Source of the DNA: Opitutaceae bacterium
GTDB taxonomy: Bacteria > Verrucomicrobiota > Verrucomicrobiia > Opitutales > Opitutaceae
Reading direction: 5' to 3'
Length of the DNA stretch: 43,856 nt
NCBI GenBank assembly: GCA_043741015.1
Contig: JAYUBB010000138.1
Coordinates: 1-43,856, forward strand
A program made the position numbers and the translations under genes. The notes beneath the pieces were generated by a model. That model saw only the letters and a program-made list of their open reading frames with translations. It made no database searches and had not been told where the DNA came from. Each line of letters begins with the position of its first letter. The stretch's first letter is position 1. Of the stretch, positions 28,818-37,585 are shown piece after piece.

Positions 28818-28840
28818 GCCGGACTCATGCAATTGTCTTG

Positions 28841-28913
28841 GGTGGAACGCGGCCTCTGGACGCGTTTTCGTGGAACGTACCGGACAAACACCGTCCTGAG
28901 GCCGGGTTCCACC
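28841..28913. repeat. REP-like inverted doublet
   Basis: ggtggaacgcggcctctggacgcgtt faces a copy whose reverse complement is ggtggaacccggcctcaggacggtgtt. Confidence 0.7.
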
Positions 28914-29002
28914 TTCCAAGCCCGCCCGAAATGGATCATTTTTTGCCGCTTATTCGGTTGAGTGTCGGACGCCCCCACGCATGGTCTGGCGGTTTATTTT
29001 TC

Positions 29003-32000
29003 ATGAAGTACCCCGCTACCCCTTCATTCTTGGCCGGTCTGTGCCTGTTCGCCAGTCTGACGTCCAACCCCGCCAGGGCCCAGCAACCCGACCAGCCCGG
29101 CGGCTGGTTCGTGGCCAACCCGGCGTGGACGCTGGTGGAGAACGTCGCGCCGACCGCAGACGGCTCGCAGCTCATCACCACGACCGGTCACGACAATCGG
29201 ATCCTCTTCATCAACGCCGCCAAGCCCGGCACGCCCCACTTGCGCTCCGAGGCGTTCATCAGTGACAGCATCGTGACCATGGAATACATGCTGCGCTCCG
29301 ATGCCCGCGCCGGAATCTACCTGCATGCCGGCTACCGCATCCAGCTCGACGGCGACAAGGCCGGCACCCTCGGGGTCATGGTCGACGGCGACGGCAAACC
29401 CTCCCCGTCCGGCATCGTGCCGCCGCTGCACCCGGTCGTCAGCCAGCCGGGCACGTGGCAAAAGCTCGAGGCCCGGATCCGGGCGCCGCGTTACAACGAG
29501 GCGAGCGCCAAGTCGCAAAACACCCTGATCCTCGAGGTGAAGATCAACGGCGTGGTCGTGCAGTCCAACACCATTGCCACCGGCTGGTGCGTCGGCACCG
29601 AGTTCCAGTGGGAATCCAACGGCGCGCGCACCACCATCGCCGTGGACGCCGGGAGCATGGCCATCCGCGAATTCTCACTCCACCGCGCGGATTTCGAGGC
29701 GATCATCCTGCCGCCGGCCAGCGGCCAGCCCACCAACGCTGCCCAGCTTGTCGACTACGTGCAGCAGGGCGCCGACCTGTTCCGCGCTCTCGGCTGCATC
29801 GAGTGCCACGCCGTGCAGCGCGACGACACTTCGCAGAAAACCGGCCCGAACCAGTTCGGCCTGTTCCAGATCGTCCCGCGTGACCGCGAAATCGCTGCCG
29901 GCGAGGGTCACCGCTTCACCGTCAAGGCCGACCGCAGTTACCTGCAGCGCAGCCTGCGCACGCCCATGGACGAACTCGCCATCGCCGAGCACGGCCCCAC
30001 CACGGGCACGCCCTACCTGCCCGCCATGCCGCCCTACCTGCCGGCGGTGTTGACCGACGCGCAGATCGACGCCCTCGGCGCCTACCTCGCCACGCTCAAC
30101 GAGCCCCCGAACCAGGGCCCGGTCGTCAAGCTCGTCCGCGCCGCCGGCCTGGAAAACTACGACCCGATGACCGACCGGCTGCAAATGCTCGTCGACCGCA
30201 CCGTGCGCATCCAGCGCGGACCGATGGAACGCGTCTCCGGCCGGTCCATCCATGTCGGCCTGCCCATGGGCCTCAACTACACCTTCGATCCCCGCGTGCT
30301 GGCCATCGCGCAGATCTGGCAGGGCGGTTTCCTCGACATGAGCGGCGAATTTCTCAACCGCGGTGGCAACGGTCTGAAGCCCGGCTTCGAGAGTCGCGAG
30401 ATCAAGCTCGGCGCGGCCGGCACGCTGCTGGCCCCGCTCAACGCCGCCGGCCAGCCCGTCGACCTCAGTTTCAAGGATCCGGTCTTCAAGGACGGCGAGG
30501 CCGTGCGCGCCTCCCTCAACAACCCGCGCGACCTGCCCGACCTGATCGCGGCGGCCGACGCGCAGTTCCTCGGCTACGAGCGCGATTCCACCCACCCCGC
30601 CGCCGCACCGGTCTTCAAATACCGCGTGGGTCGCAATACCGTCACTGTGCGCACGGACTTCGCTGCCGACGGCACGGTGCAGATGTTCCTCGAAGGCGAA
30701 CTCGCCACGCCGCAGGCCTTCGCCGTCAACGAGGGTGTGCTCGGCCCGGTCAAGGTCTCTGCCGGCCAACTGGAAAATGGCCGCTGGGTCCTACCCGCCG
30801 GTTCGTATCACGGCGCGACCGTCACGGGGCACCTGACCCTCGCCGCGAAAGTCTGGCATGCCGCACCGTCGAGCTTCAGTTACCAGCACCAGCCGCTGGT
30901 CACCCGGCCTTCGCAGCCCAATCTTCCCCGCGGCTACAGCGCCGAAGCCTATGAGGGGCCCAAGGACAACTACGGACGCGACCTGCTGTTCGAGGCATTA
31001 GGCCTGGCCCTCGCGCCGGACGGCACCCTCGTGGTCGCCACGCGCACCGCGGGCATCTGGCGGCTCGTTCACGGCGAATGGCAGCAGTTCGCCGAGGGCC
31101 TCTTCGACAGCCTCGGCGTCGTGGTCGAAGACCAGCACGGCCTCGTCGTCGTCGCCGGCCAGAAGGCCGAGCTCACGCGCATCAGCGACACCAACGGCGA
31201 CGGCCTCGCCGACAAATACGAAACGCTGAGCGACGGATTCAGCTACACCGGCAACTACCACGCCTACCTCCACGGCCCGATTCGCGACGGCCACGGTGGC
31301 TACCTGTTCACGCTCAATCTCAACGATTCCTCGCAGGGCGACATCGAGTATAAGGCCGGCGGCAAATACATGGGCACCGGCGGCGGCTACCGCGGCTGGG
31401 CCGTTCGCGTGCCGGCCAAGGGTGGCTTTGAACCCTATGCCGACGGCCTGCGCAGTCCGGCCAGCCTCGGTGTGGCCCCCGACGGCCGCATCTGGTATGC
31501 CGACAATCAAGGCGAATACGTCGGCACCTCGAAACTCTTCGTGTTGAAGCAAGGCGCCTACTATGGCCACCCGGCCGGCCTCGTAGATCGACCCGGCATG
31601 ACGCCAGCCTCTCCCGAGATCGCCTGGGAGCGCGTGCGCGACAAGGCGGAAGCCGCGGTTGTTCTCTTCCCGCAGGGCCGCCTCGCCAACTCGCCAGGCA
31701 ATCCGGCTTGGGACACCACCGGCGGCCACTTCGGCCCGTTTGGCGGCCAGATGCTGATCGGCGACCAGACGCAGTCCAACCTCATGCGCGTGACCACCGA
31801 GCGTGTCGGCGACCACGAGCAGGGCGCCGCGATCAACTTCGCCACCAAGCTCGAGTCCGGCGTCATGCGCCCGCTCTTCCTGCCCGACGGCAGCCTGCTG
31901 CTTGGCCAGACCGGCCGCGGCTGGCAGGCCAAGGGCGGCCACGTCGCCAGCCTGCAGCACGTCCGCTGGGACGGAAAGACCGTCGCCCCCGCGATCAAAC

Positions 32001-32353
32001 TGATGTCCGCCGTCGCCGGTGGCTTTGACTTGACGTTCACCGTGCCCGTCCCGGCCGGTGTGACCGACGCCGATCTGACTGCCGCGCTCGCAATCAAGTC
32101 CTGGGTCTACCGCGACGCCCCCGACTACGGCTCGCCCGAGCTCGACGAGCACGCCGAACCCGTCACGTCAGTGACGCTCAGCGCCGACCGCAGCACCCTG
32201 CATGTGGCACTAGCCAAGACGGAGCAGCCCAAAATCCACCCGCAGCAAACCGCGCGCGTCTACCAGCTCACCCTCTCCAGCCAGAAAGTCTGGCACGAGG
32301 ACGGCCCCGGCTTCGACGCCTTCTACACGTTGTACGCCTTCCCGGCGAAGTGA
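29003..32353 (+). CDS. Large secreted multidomain protein: DUF1080-like + cytochrome c + beta-propeller (PVC-type heme-binding dehydrogenase-like)
   Basis: Signal peptide; N-terminal GIYL...PGTWQKLEARIRAPRY...VKINGVVV; CIECH heme motif with distal PAMP; DTNGDGLADKY, GLRSPAS, DNQGEY, PFGGQMLIGD propeller motifs. Confidence 0.75.
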   Translation: MKYPATPSFLAGLCLFASLTSNPARAQQPDQPGGWFVANPAWTLVENVAPTADGSQLITTTGHDNRILFINAAKPGTPHLRSEAFISDSIVTMEYMLRSDARAGIYLHAGYRIQLDGDKAGTLGVMVDGDGKPSPSGIVPPLHPVVSQPGTWQKLEARIRAPRYNEASAKSQNTLILEVKINGVVVQSNTIATGWCVGTEFQWESNGARTTIAVDAGSMAIREFSLHRADFEAIILPPASGQPTNAAQLVDYVQQGADLFRALGCIECHAVQRDDTSQKTGPNQFGLFQIVPRDREIAAGEGHRFTVKADRSYLQRSLRTPMDELAIAEHGPTTGTPYLPAMPPYLPAVLTDAQIDALGAYLATLNEPPNQGPVVKLVRAAGLENYDPMTDRLQMLVDRTVRIQRGPMERVSGRSIHVGLPMGLNYTFDPRVLAIAQIWQGGFLDMSGEFLNRGGNGLKPGFESREIKLGAAGTLLAPLNAAGQPVDLSFKDPVFKDGEAVRASLNNPRDLPDLIAAADAQFLGYERDSTHPAAAPVFKYRVGRNTVTVRTDFAADGTVQMFLEGELATPQAFAVNEGVLGPVKVSAGQLENGRWVLPAGSYHGATVTGHLTLAAKVWHAAPSSFSYQHQPLVTRPSQPNLPRGYSAEAYEGPKDNYGRDLLFEALGLALAPDGTLVVATRTAGIWRLVHGEWQQFAEGLFDSLGVVVEDQHGLVVVAGQKAELTRISDTNGDGLADKYETLSDGFSYTGNYHAYLHGPIRDGHGGYLFTLNLNDSSQGDIEYKAGGKYMGTGGGYRGWAVRVPAKGGFEPYADGLRSPASLGVAPDGRIWYADNQGEYVGTSKLFVLKQGAYYGHPAGLVDRPGMTPASPEIAWERVRDKAEAAVVLFPQGRLANSPGNPAWDTTGGHFGPFGGQMLIGDQTQSNLMRVTTERVGDHEQGAAINFATKLESGVMRPLFLPDGSLLLGQTGRGWQAKGGHVASLQHVRWDGKTVAPAIKLMSAVAGGFDLTFTVPVPAGVTDADLTAALAIKSWVYRDAPDYGSPELDEHAEPVTSVTLSADRSTLHVALAKTEQPKIHPQQTARVYQLTLSSQKVWHEDGPGFDAFYTLYAFPAK

Positions 32354-32365
32354 GCTGAGCCGAAA

Positions 32366-32422
32366 GGTGGTCGCCGCTTTCCACAGCGGCGACAGGCGTC
32401 GGTGTGGAAACCGACGCCCACC
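32366..32422. repeat. REP-like inverted doublet with complementary loops
   Basis: ggtg-gtcgccgct-TTCCAC-agcggcgac (32366-32393) and ggcgtcggt-GTGGAA-accgacgcc-cacc (32395-32422); both 9-bp stems are perfect. Confidence 0.8.
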
Positions 32423-32465
32423 AATTACCTGATCCCGGCTCAAATCCGCCCCCGTCTCGCGGCCC

Positions 32466-32750
32466 TTACAGATTCTTTAGGAAACGCCGCACGTCATCGT
32501 GGCTCCCGACCATCCGCAAAGTGGCCGTGCTGCCTTCGATTTTGAAGACCACGCGCGTGTCCCGGTCGGTACGGAACTCGAAGTGATTCTTCTTCAATCG
32601 TCGGATGCCGAGTCCGCTGTGCCTATGCGGCTGACCAAACGCGGCCGACAACTGACTCAGCGCAGCGTCGATCTGATCCAATTGCTGACCAGTGAGCGAA
32701 CGTGCCTCGCTTTTGAAACGAGCGGAAACCTCAATCCCTAATGGCGGCAC
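32466..32750 (-). CDS. RelE/ParE-superfamily-like toxin (putative)
   Basis: About 94 aa, basic; IEVSARFK...HSGLGIRRL...FEFR....RVVF...LRMVGSHDDV; overlaps the antitoxin stop; start uncertain. Confidence 0.7.
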   Translation of the reverse strand: MPPLGIEVSARFKSEARSLTGQQLDQIDAALSQLSAAFGQPHRHSGLGIRRLKKNHFEFRTDRDTRVVFKIEGSTATLRMVGSHDDVRRFLKNL

Positions 32751-33015
32751 GGATATCACCCTTGTATTTGGTGACACGCCCGGCCCGGCGGTCTTGTTTC
32801 AGTTCGGCGTCCGCCCGTTTCACGAAAGCCTTCAGTTCCGCGTCGGTGACGCCATATTCGCGCTTCGCGTAGTCGGAGTCCTCGGAGAACACGCGCACCG
32901 GACGGAGGGCGATCACCTGGTCCCCGCACAGGATACCGATGTCCTCCCCCGCCGAGGCCTTCTTCAGCCAGTGCGTGAGGTTGGCCCGGGCCTTGGTCGG
33001 GGATAGCGTCGTCAT
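32731..33015 (-). CDS. Phd/YefM-like antitoxin (putative)
   Basis: MTTLSPTKARANLTHWLKKASAGEDIGI...VIALRP resembles the Phd DNA-binding N-terminus. Confidence 0.75.
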   Translation of the reverse strand: MTTLSPTKARANLTHWLKKASAGEDIGILCGDQVIALRPVRVFSEDSDYAKREYGVTDAELKAFVKRADAELKQDRRAGRVTKYKGDIRAAIRD

Positions 33016-33195
33016 ATCGGCGCAATAAAGCCGTTATTGGGTACGGAGCAACCCTAACTTTTCTTGTAGCTGCCGTGGTCACACGGCTTGCCGCTGGCAG
33101 CAGGCCGAAGGGATGACTTGCTGATTGCCGTGATGCCCTCGCACATCAAAACTGACCCCATCTCAGATCCCTGAGTACCACTGTTGGGTAGAAGC

Positions 33196-33921
33196 ATGCA
33201 AAAATCCCATATCATCGCCGAGATTCAGCGCCTCGCCGCCGCAAACACTGGCGCCGCCCCGGGGTGGCGCAAGCTACAGAAAGATGCGGGCATCAATTAT
33301 TCTGATTGGTGCGGCGTTCATTGGGCGCGTTGGAACGACGCTTTAGCCGATGCAGGCTTTGCACCAAATCGGCTTACAGAGGCGTATGAGGATTCGGTGC
33401 TACTTGACCGATACGCTGCTCTTGCAGTGGAGTTAGGCCACTTACCCACGGGGGCCGATCTGCGCCTGAAGACCCAAAGCGACACGAATTTCCCGAGCGA
33501 CAAAACATTCGGTCGCCTAGGATCGAAATTGGAGCTCGCGAGCAAACTTATATCCCACTGTCGGAATAGGCAGAATGTTGAGAAGGTTGCCGTTTGGGCA
33601 TCGGAGTATCTCGCAAAGCATCAAAAGGAGGAAGTGGAGGAGCCAAGCAAATCTGAGCGTATCGCGGGCTACGTCTATATGCTGCGCTACGGAAAGAAGT
33701 ATAAGATCGGATTCACCAATTCTCCTACAAGGAGGTTTCGCGAGGTGAGCATCGAGTTACCTGATGAAACTATCCAGATTCATACGATAGCGACAGACGA
33801 TCCGAACGGGATTGAAGAATATTGGCACAAGCGATTCGCTCCCAGACGCATTCGGAATAGCGAATGGTTCGAACTAACAAGCGACGATGTGCGCGTTTTC
33901 AAGCGTCGCGTCTACCAATAG
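33196..33921 (+). CDS. GIY-YIG (T5orf172/MUG113-like) nuclease with N-terminal helical repeats
   Basis: C-terminal GYVYML...YKIGFT...RR...IEEYWHKRF...SEWFEL; two N-terminal repeats resembling homing-endonuclease-associated repeats; low GC. Confidence 0.8.
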   Translation: MQKSHIIAEIQRLAAANTGAAPGWRKLQKDAGINYSDWCGVHWARWNDALADAGFAPNRLTEAYEDSVLLDRYAALAVELGHLPTGADLRLKTQSDTNFPSDKTFGRLGSKLELASKLISHCRNRQNVEKVAVWASEYLAKHQKEEVEEPSKSERIAGYVYMLRYGKKYKIGFTNSPTRRFREVSIELPDETIQIHTIATDDPNGIEEYWHKRFAPRRIRNSEWFELTSDDVRVFKRRVYQ

Positions 33922-33965
33922 AGGATCCCAGGGGGGCGGGTGACCCCAATCCAGAGGGCTCGTCC

Positions 33966-35018
33966 CTACTTGTTCAACTGGAGCAGCTTTTCGCGGAAGA
34001 ACGTTCCCTGCCGCGTGGGGTTGTAGTCCCAATCTTTGATCAGGCTGGGCACCCACTCGGCGTCGAAGACCCAGGGTGTCCACGAGATGCCGCGCTGCTC
34101 GAAGAACGCGATGATGGCCTCGCCGTATTTCTCGTCCGCAATCGTCGGCTGGTGCGCGCCGCGATCCTTGGCGTCCATGAAACCGAACTCGGTGGCGACG
34201 ATGGGATACTTGTCAGCGACCTGACCCCAGTCCCGCTGCCAGTTGGTCTCCCAATTCTCGCGGCGCTTCTGCGGATACGGATGCGTCACGTAGGCGATGT
34301 TCGTCGCCCGCACCGGGTCGTAGCGCACGGCGGAGAGGTCGTAGCCCCAGTTGTAGCCGGCCACGAGGACGATCGCGCGCGGGTTGATCGTCTGGATCAT
34401 GAAGGTGAGATCCTCGACCAGCTTGCGGTAGTCGCCCCACGGCATCGGCCCCATCTGGCCGTCGACATTGGTGGGCTCGTTGTAGAGCTCGTAGAGGGCG
34501 ACGACGGGGTTGCTCTTGTAGCGCTGGGCGATCGTGTACCAGAAGCGGAAGGTCTCGTCGCGCGACGTCACATACATCGGCCGGTGGTAAACGCCGGTCA
34601 GCATGTTGCCGATGGTGTGCCAGTCGATGATGACATGCATCCCGAGTTCACCCGACCACTGCACGGCCTCGTCGAGCATCTTCAGATAGGCGTCCTCGCC
34701 CAATTTTCGCCACGCCTCGGGATGGACGGGAATGCGCACGATGTTGGCGTTCCATTTCCTCGCTTCCTCGAAGTAGCGCCGGCCCCACTGGCCCTTCCGC
34801 TGCAGTTCCGCCGGGTCGGACAGCGCCAGCCCGCGGAAGACGACCGTCTGGCCGGCCGGGTTGACGAAATGATTCCCCTGCACCGCGATGACCGGCAGTG
34901 AGGCGACGGCCCTGGTCTCTGCCGGCGGAGCGCTAAAGGGCGCCGGGGTCTGCGCCCAGGCCTGGGACGCAAGCAACAAGCCAAAAACAAAGAGCCGGGG
35001 GGTAGTGGACGATTTCAT
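33966..35018 (-). CDS. GH5 glycoside hydrolase (cellulase-like), secreted
   Basis: NIVRIPVHP, VIIDWH, acid/base YELYNEP, HPY, nucleophile ATEFG, SWTPW. Confidence 0.92.
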   Translation of the reverse strand: MKSSTTPRLFVFGLLLASQAWAQTPAPFSAPPAETRAVASLPVIAVQGNHFVNPAGQTVVFRGLALSDPAELQRKGQWGRRYFEEARKWNANIVRIPVHPEAWRKLGEDAYLKMLDEAVQWSGELGMHVIIDWHTIGNMLTGVYHRPMYVTSRDETFRFWYTIAQRYKSNPVVALYELYNEPTNVDGQMGPMPWGDYRKLVEDLTFMIQTINPRAIVLVAGYNWGYDLSAVRYDPVRATNIAYVTHPYPQKRRENWETNWQRDWGQVADKYPIVATEFGFMDAKDRGAHQPTIADEKYGEAIIAFFEQRGISWTPWVFDAEWVPSLIKDWDYNPTRQGTFFREKLLQLNK

Positions 35019-35087
35019 GCAGCAGTCGAAAAGTGGCTTCCTTTCTGTCTGTTGCAACTCCAACGACATGTCTGGTTAGCAGCTCGG

Positions 35088-37535
35088 CTACTCGTCGCGC
35101 AAGGCCTCGATAGGCGAGACGCGGGAAGCGCGGTGCGAGGGCAGGAACACCGCGAGCAGAACCACGATTATCATGATTGCCGCGGTCCCGGCCAGCACTC
35201 CCGGATGGACGGCCCCGACTCCGAAGAGCAGAGTCTGCATGGCCCGGCCAACCGCCCACGCACCGAGCACGCCAAGCCCAATGCCCGCGAGGAGCAATCG
35301 GGCGCCGAGCCCGAGGAACTGCACGAGCACCTGCTGCGGCAGCGCGCCTAGCGCCATCCGCACGCCGATCTCACGACGGCGCTGGTTCACCGCGTAGGCC
35401 AGCACCCCGTAGGTGCCGATGGCCGCGAGCAGAAGCGCCACTCCCGCAAAGATACCCGCAAGCACGGCGGGGGACCGCCGGGACACCATGCTCTCGTCGA
35501 TCCACGCCTGCATCGGCTTGAGTTCGTCGACGGGCAGCTCGGGGTCGAGCTTGAGCACAACCTTCTGCAACATGGGAGCCAGCGCCGCAGGTTCCATGGG
35601 GGTGCGCACGACAATGGAGAGGCTGTTGGACGAATAGGCGCTGTAGGGATAATAGATCGCACCCTGCGCGTTGGTCTCGGCCAGCTCCGTCTGTTTGACG
35701 CTGCCGACAACCCCCACGATCGTGACGGCCTTTTTATCATCGAATTTCGGACCGTTGGTGATGCGGTGACCGAGAGCGGCCTTTCCCGGCCAGTAGCGAT
35801 TCGCAAAATCCTGGTCGACGACGCAGACCTTCAGTTCGCGATGGTTGTCGGCGTCCTCGAGGAAACGACCAGCGATGAGCGGAATGCCCAGCGTCCGCCA
35901 GTAGTCGCCGACTGCAGCTGAGGTGTAGTGCGCCCGGATGGTTTCACCGGGGGAGATTGCAACGCCCTCGATGGCCGTGGCGTTGTTATTGACGCTACCG
36001 GTCATGGGCAACCCGGAGGTCAACCCGGCAAAAGTGACGCCCGGCTGGGCACGCAGTTCGGTGAGCAGACGCTCGACAAACGCCAGACGAGGCGCGTCCT
36101 CGGGATAATTCTTCCACGGCAAGGAGAGCTGGCCGGTCAACACATGCTCGGCGCGGAAGCCCGGCGCGGTGGCGAGCACCCGTTGCAGACTGAGGCCGAG
36201 CATCCCGGCCCCTGTGAGCAGCACGAAGGCCAGTGCCACCTGGGCGATGATGAAACAGTGCCGCACCTGCTGGGCTGCGCGGCTGACGGTGCCCCCGCGA
36301 GTCTCGGCCTGGAGCACCGGGGCGAGCCGGGCGTGCAGGTTGAACCACACAATGGGCAGCGCGAGGGCGATGCCGATGATGACAGAGGCGGCAAGCGCGA
36401 GCGCAGCCACCCGGCCGTCGAAGACGATATTGGCTCCGAGCGGCAGCCGGTCGGTGCCCAACGCAGCCAGCAGACGGATGCCGACGGCCCCTGTGCCCAG
36501 ACCAAGCAGACCGCCAACGGTGGCCAGCAGGATGGTCTCGATCATGGCCTCACGCACGATATGGTGGCGGCCGGCCCCGAGGGCCTGGCGGACTGCCTGC
36601 TCCTTGGCCCGGCCGCTGGCGCGGATCAGGAGCAGATTCACGAGATTCACGCCGCCGATCAGCAGCAGAAAGAGCACCCCGCCCTGCAGCAGCAGCAGCA
36701 TGGGCCTGACCTCGCGCACATGATCCTCGTGGAGCAGGTTGATCTTCGTGTGGTAACCCGCGCCCTTGAGCAGGCTGGCGAACGGATCGTCCGCGACCTG
36801 TTGCGTGTTAAAGGCGTCAAGCTGGGCCTGCGCGACCACAAGCGAGGCATCGGGGGCGAGCCGGGCGATGAGTTGAAAATTGTTCGAATGCCGGTGGTCG
36901 GCAGCCCTGTCCTCCTTGTTGGACGCAGCGGGAATGAAAAACTGCGCTTTGCTGGAGAGGTACCGGAAGCCAGGCGGAAGCACGCCGATGACAGTCACGG
37001 GCAGGCCGTCGACCTGGAACTTGCGGCCGAGAACGTTGGAGTCGGCGTTGAACGTCTTGTGCCAGAAATCGTCGGTGAGGATGGCGACGCCGCTGCCCTT
37101 GTAGAACATCTCATCATCGTTGAACGTCCGGCCCATGGCCAACGGCACGCCGAGCGTCGCAAAGAACTCGGGCGATACCCGGTCGCGCTCGACGCGGTTG
37201 GGTGCACCGGCCTCGCCGATGATGGCACTCCCACCCTGGGTGATGGCCGTCGAGGCGAAGGCCTTGATGGCCTCGCGCCGGTCGTAGTAATTGGGCAGCG
37301 AAGCGCCCGCCCGTTCCACCCCGGCGCCGGGATAGGCATTGACGGCTGTCACCAGCCGGTCGGCCTGCGGAAACGGCAGCGACCGCACGAGGACGGCATC
37401 CACGACGGCGAAAATGGTGACGTTGGCCCCGATGCAAAGGGCGAGCGTGAGCAGGACGGTCGCGGTGAAACCGCGTTCGCGAACAAGACGGCGCAGAGTC
37501 TGCCGAAGATCGTACAGGGGAAGGAGGTGGTGCAC
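35088..37535 (-). CDS. Duplicated MacB/FtsX-type ABC permease (ADOP-like)
   Basis: 815 aa; TLALCIGANVTIF, two MacB periplasmic + FtsX modules, QRRREIGVRMALGA, ends RASRVSPIEALRDE. Confidence 0.92.
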   Translation of the reverse strand: MHHLLPLYDLRQTLRRLVRERGFTATVLLTLALCIGANVTIFAVVDAVLVRSLPFPQADRLVTAVNAYPGAGVERAGASLPNYYDRREAIKAFASTAITQGGSAIIGEAGAPNRVERDRVSPEFFATLGVPLAMGRTFNDDEMFYKGSGVAILTDDFWHKTFNADSNVLGRKFQVDGLPVTVIGVLPPGFRYLSSKAQFFIPAASNKEDRAADHRHSNNFQLIARLAPDASLVVAQAQLDAFNTQQVADDPFASLLKGAGYHTKINLLHEDHVREVRPMLLLLQGGVLFLLLIGGVNLVNLLLIRASGRAKEQAVRQALGAGRHHIVREAMIETILLATVGGLLGLGTGAVGIRLLAALGTDRLPLGANIVFDGRVAALALAASVIIGIALALPIVWFNLHARLAPVLQAETRGGTVSRAAQQVRHCFIIAQVALAFVLLTGAGMLGLSLQRVLATAPGFRAEHVLTGQLSLPWKNYPEDAPRLAFVERLLTELRAQPGVTFAGLTSGLPMTGSVNNNATAIEGVAISPGETIRAHYTSAAVGDYWRTLGIPLIAGRFLEDADNHRELKVCVVDQDFANRYWPGKAALGHRITNGPKFDDKKAVTIVGVVGSVKQTELAETNAQGAIYYPYSAYSSNSLSIVVRTPMEPAALAPMLQKVVLKLDPELPVDELKPMQAWIDESMVSRRSPAVLAGIFAGVALLLAAIGTYGVLAYAVNQRRREIGVRMALGALPQQVLVQFLGLGARLLLAGIGLGVLGAWAVGRAMQTLLFGVGAVHPGVLAGTAAIMIIVVLLAVFLPSHRASRVSPIEALRDE

Positions 37536-37585
37536 ATGCTGATAACCCGCCAGAAAGGTCCAAGTTACAGAAAATCAGGCCCGGA

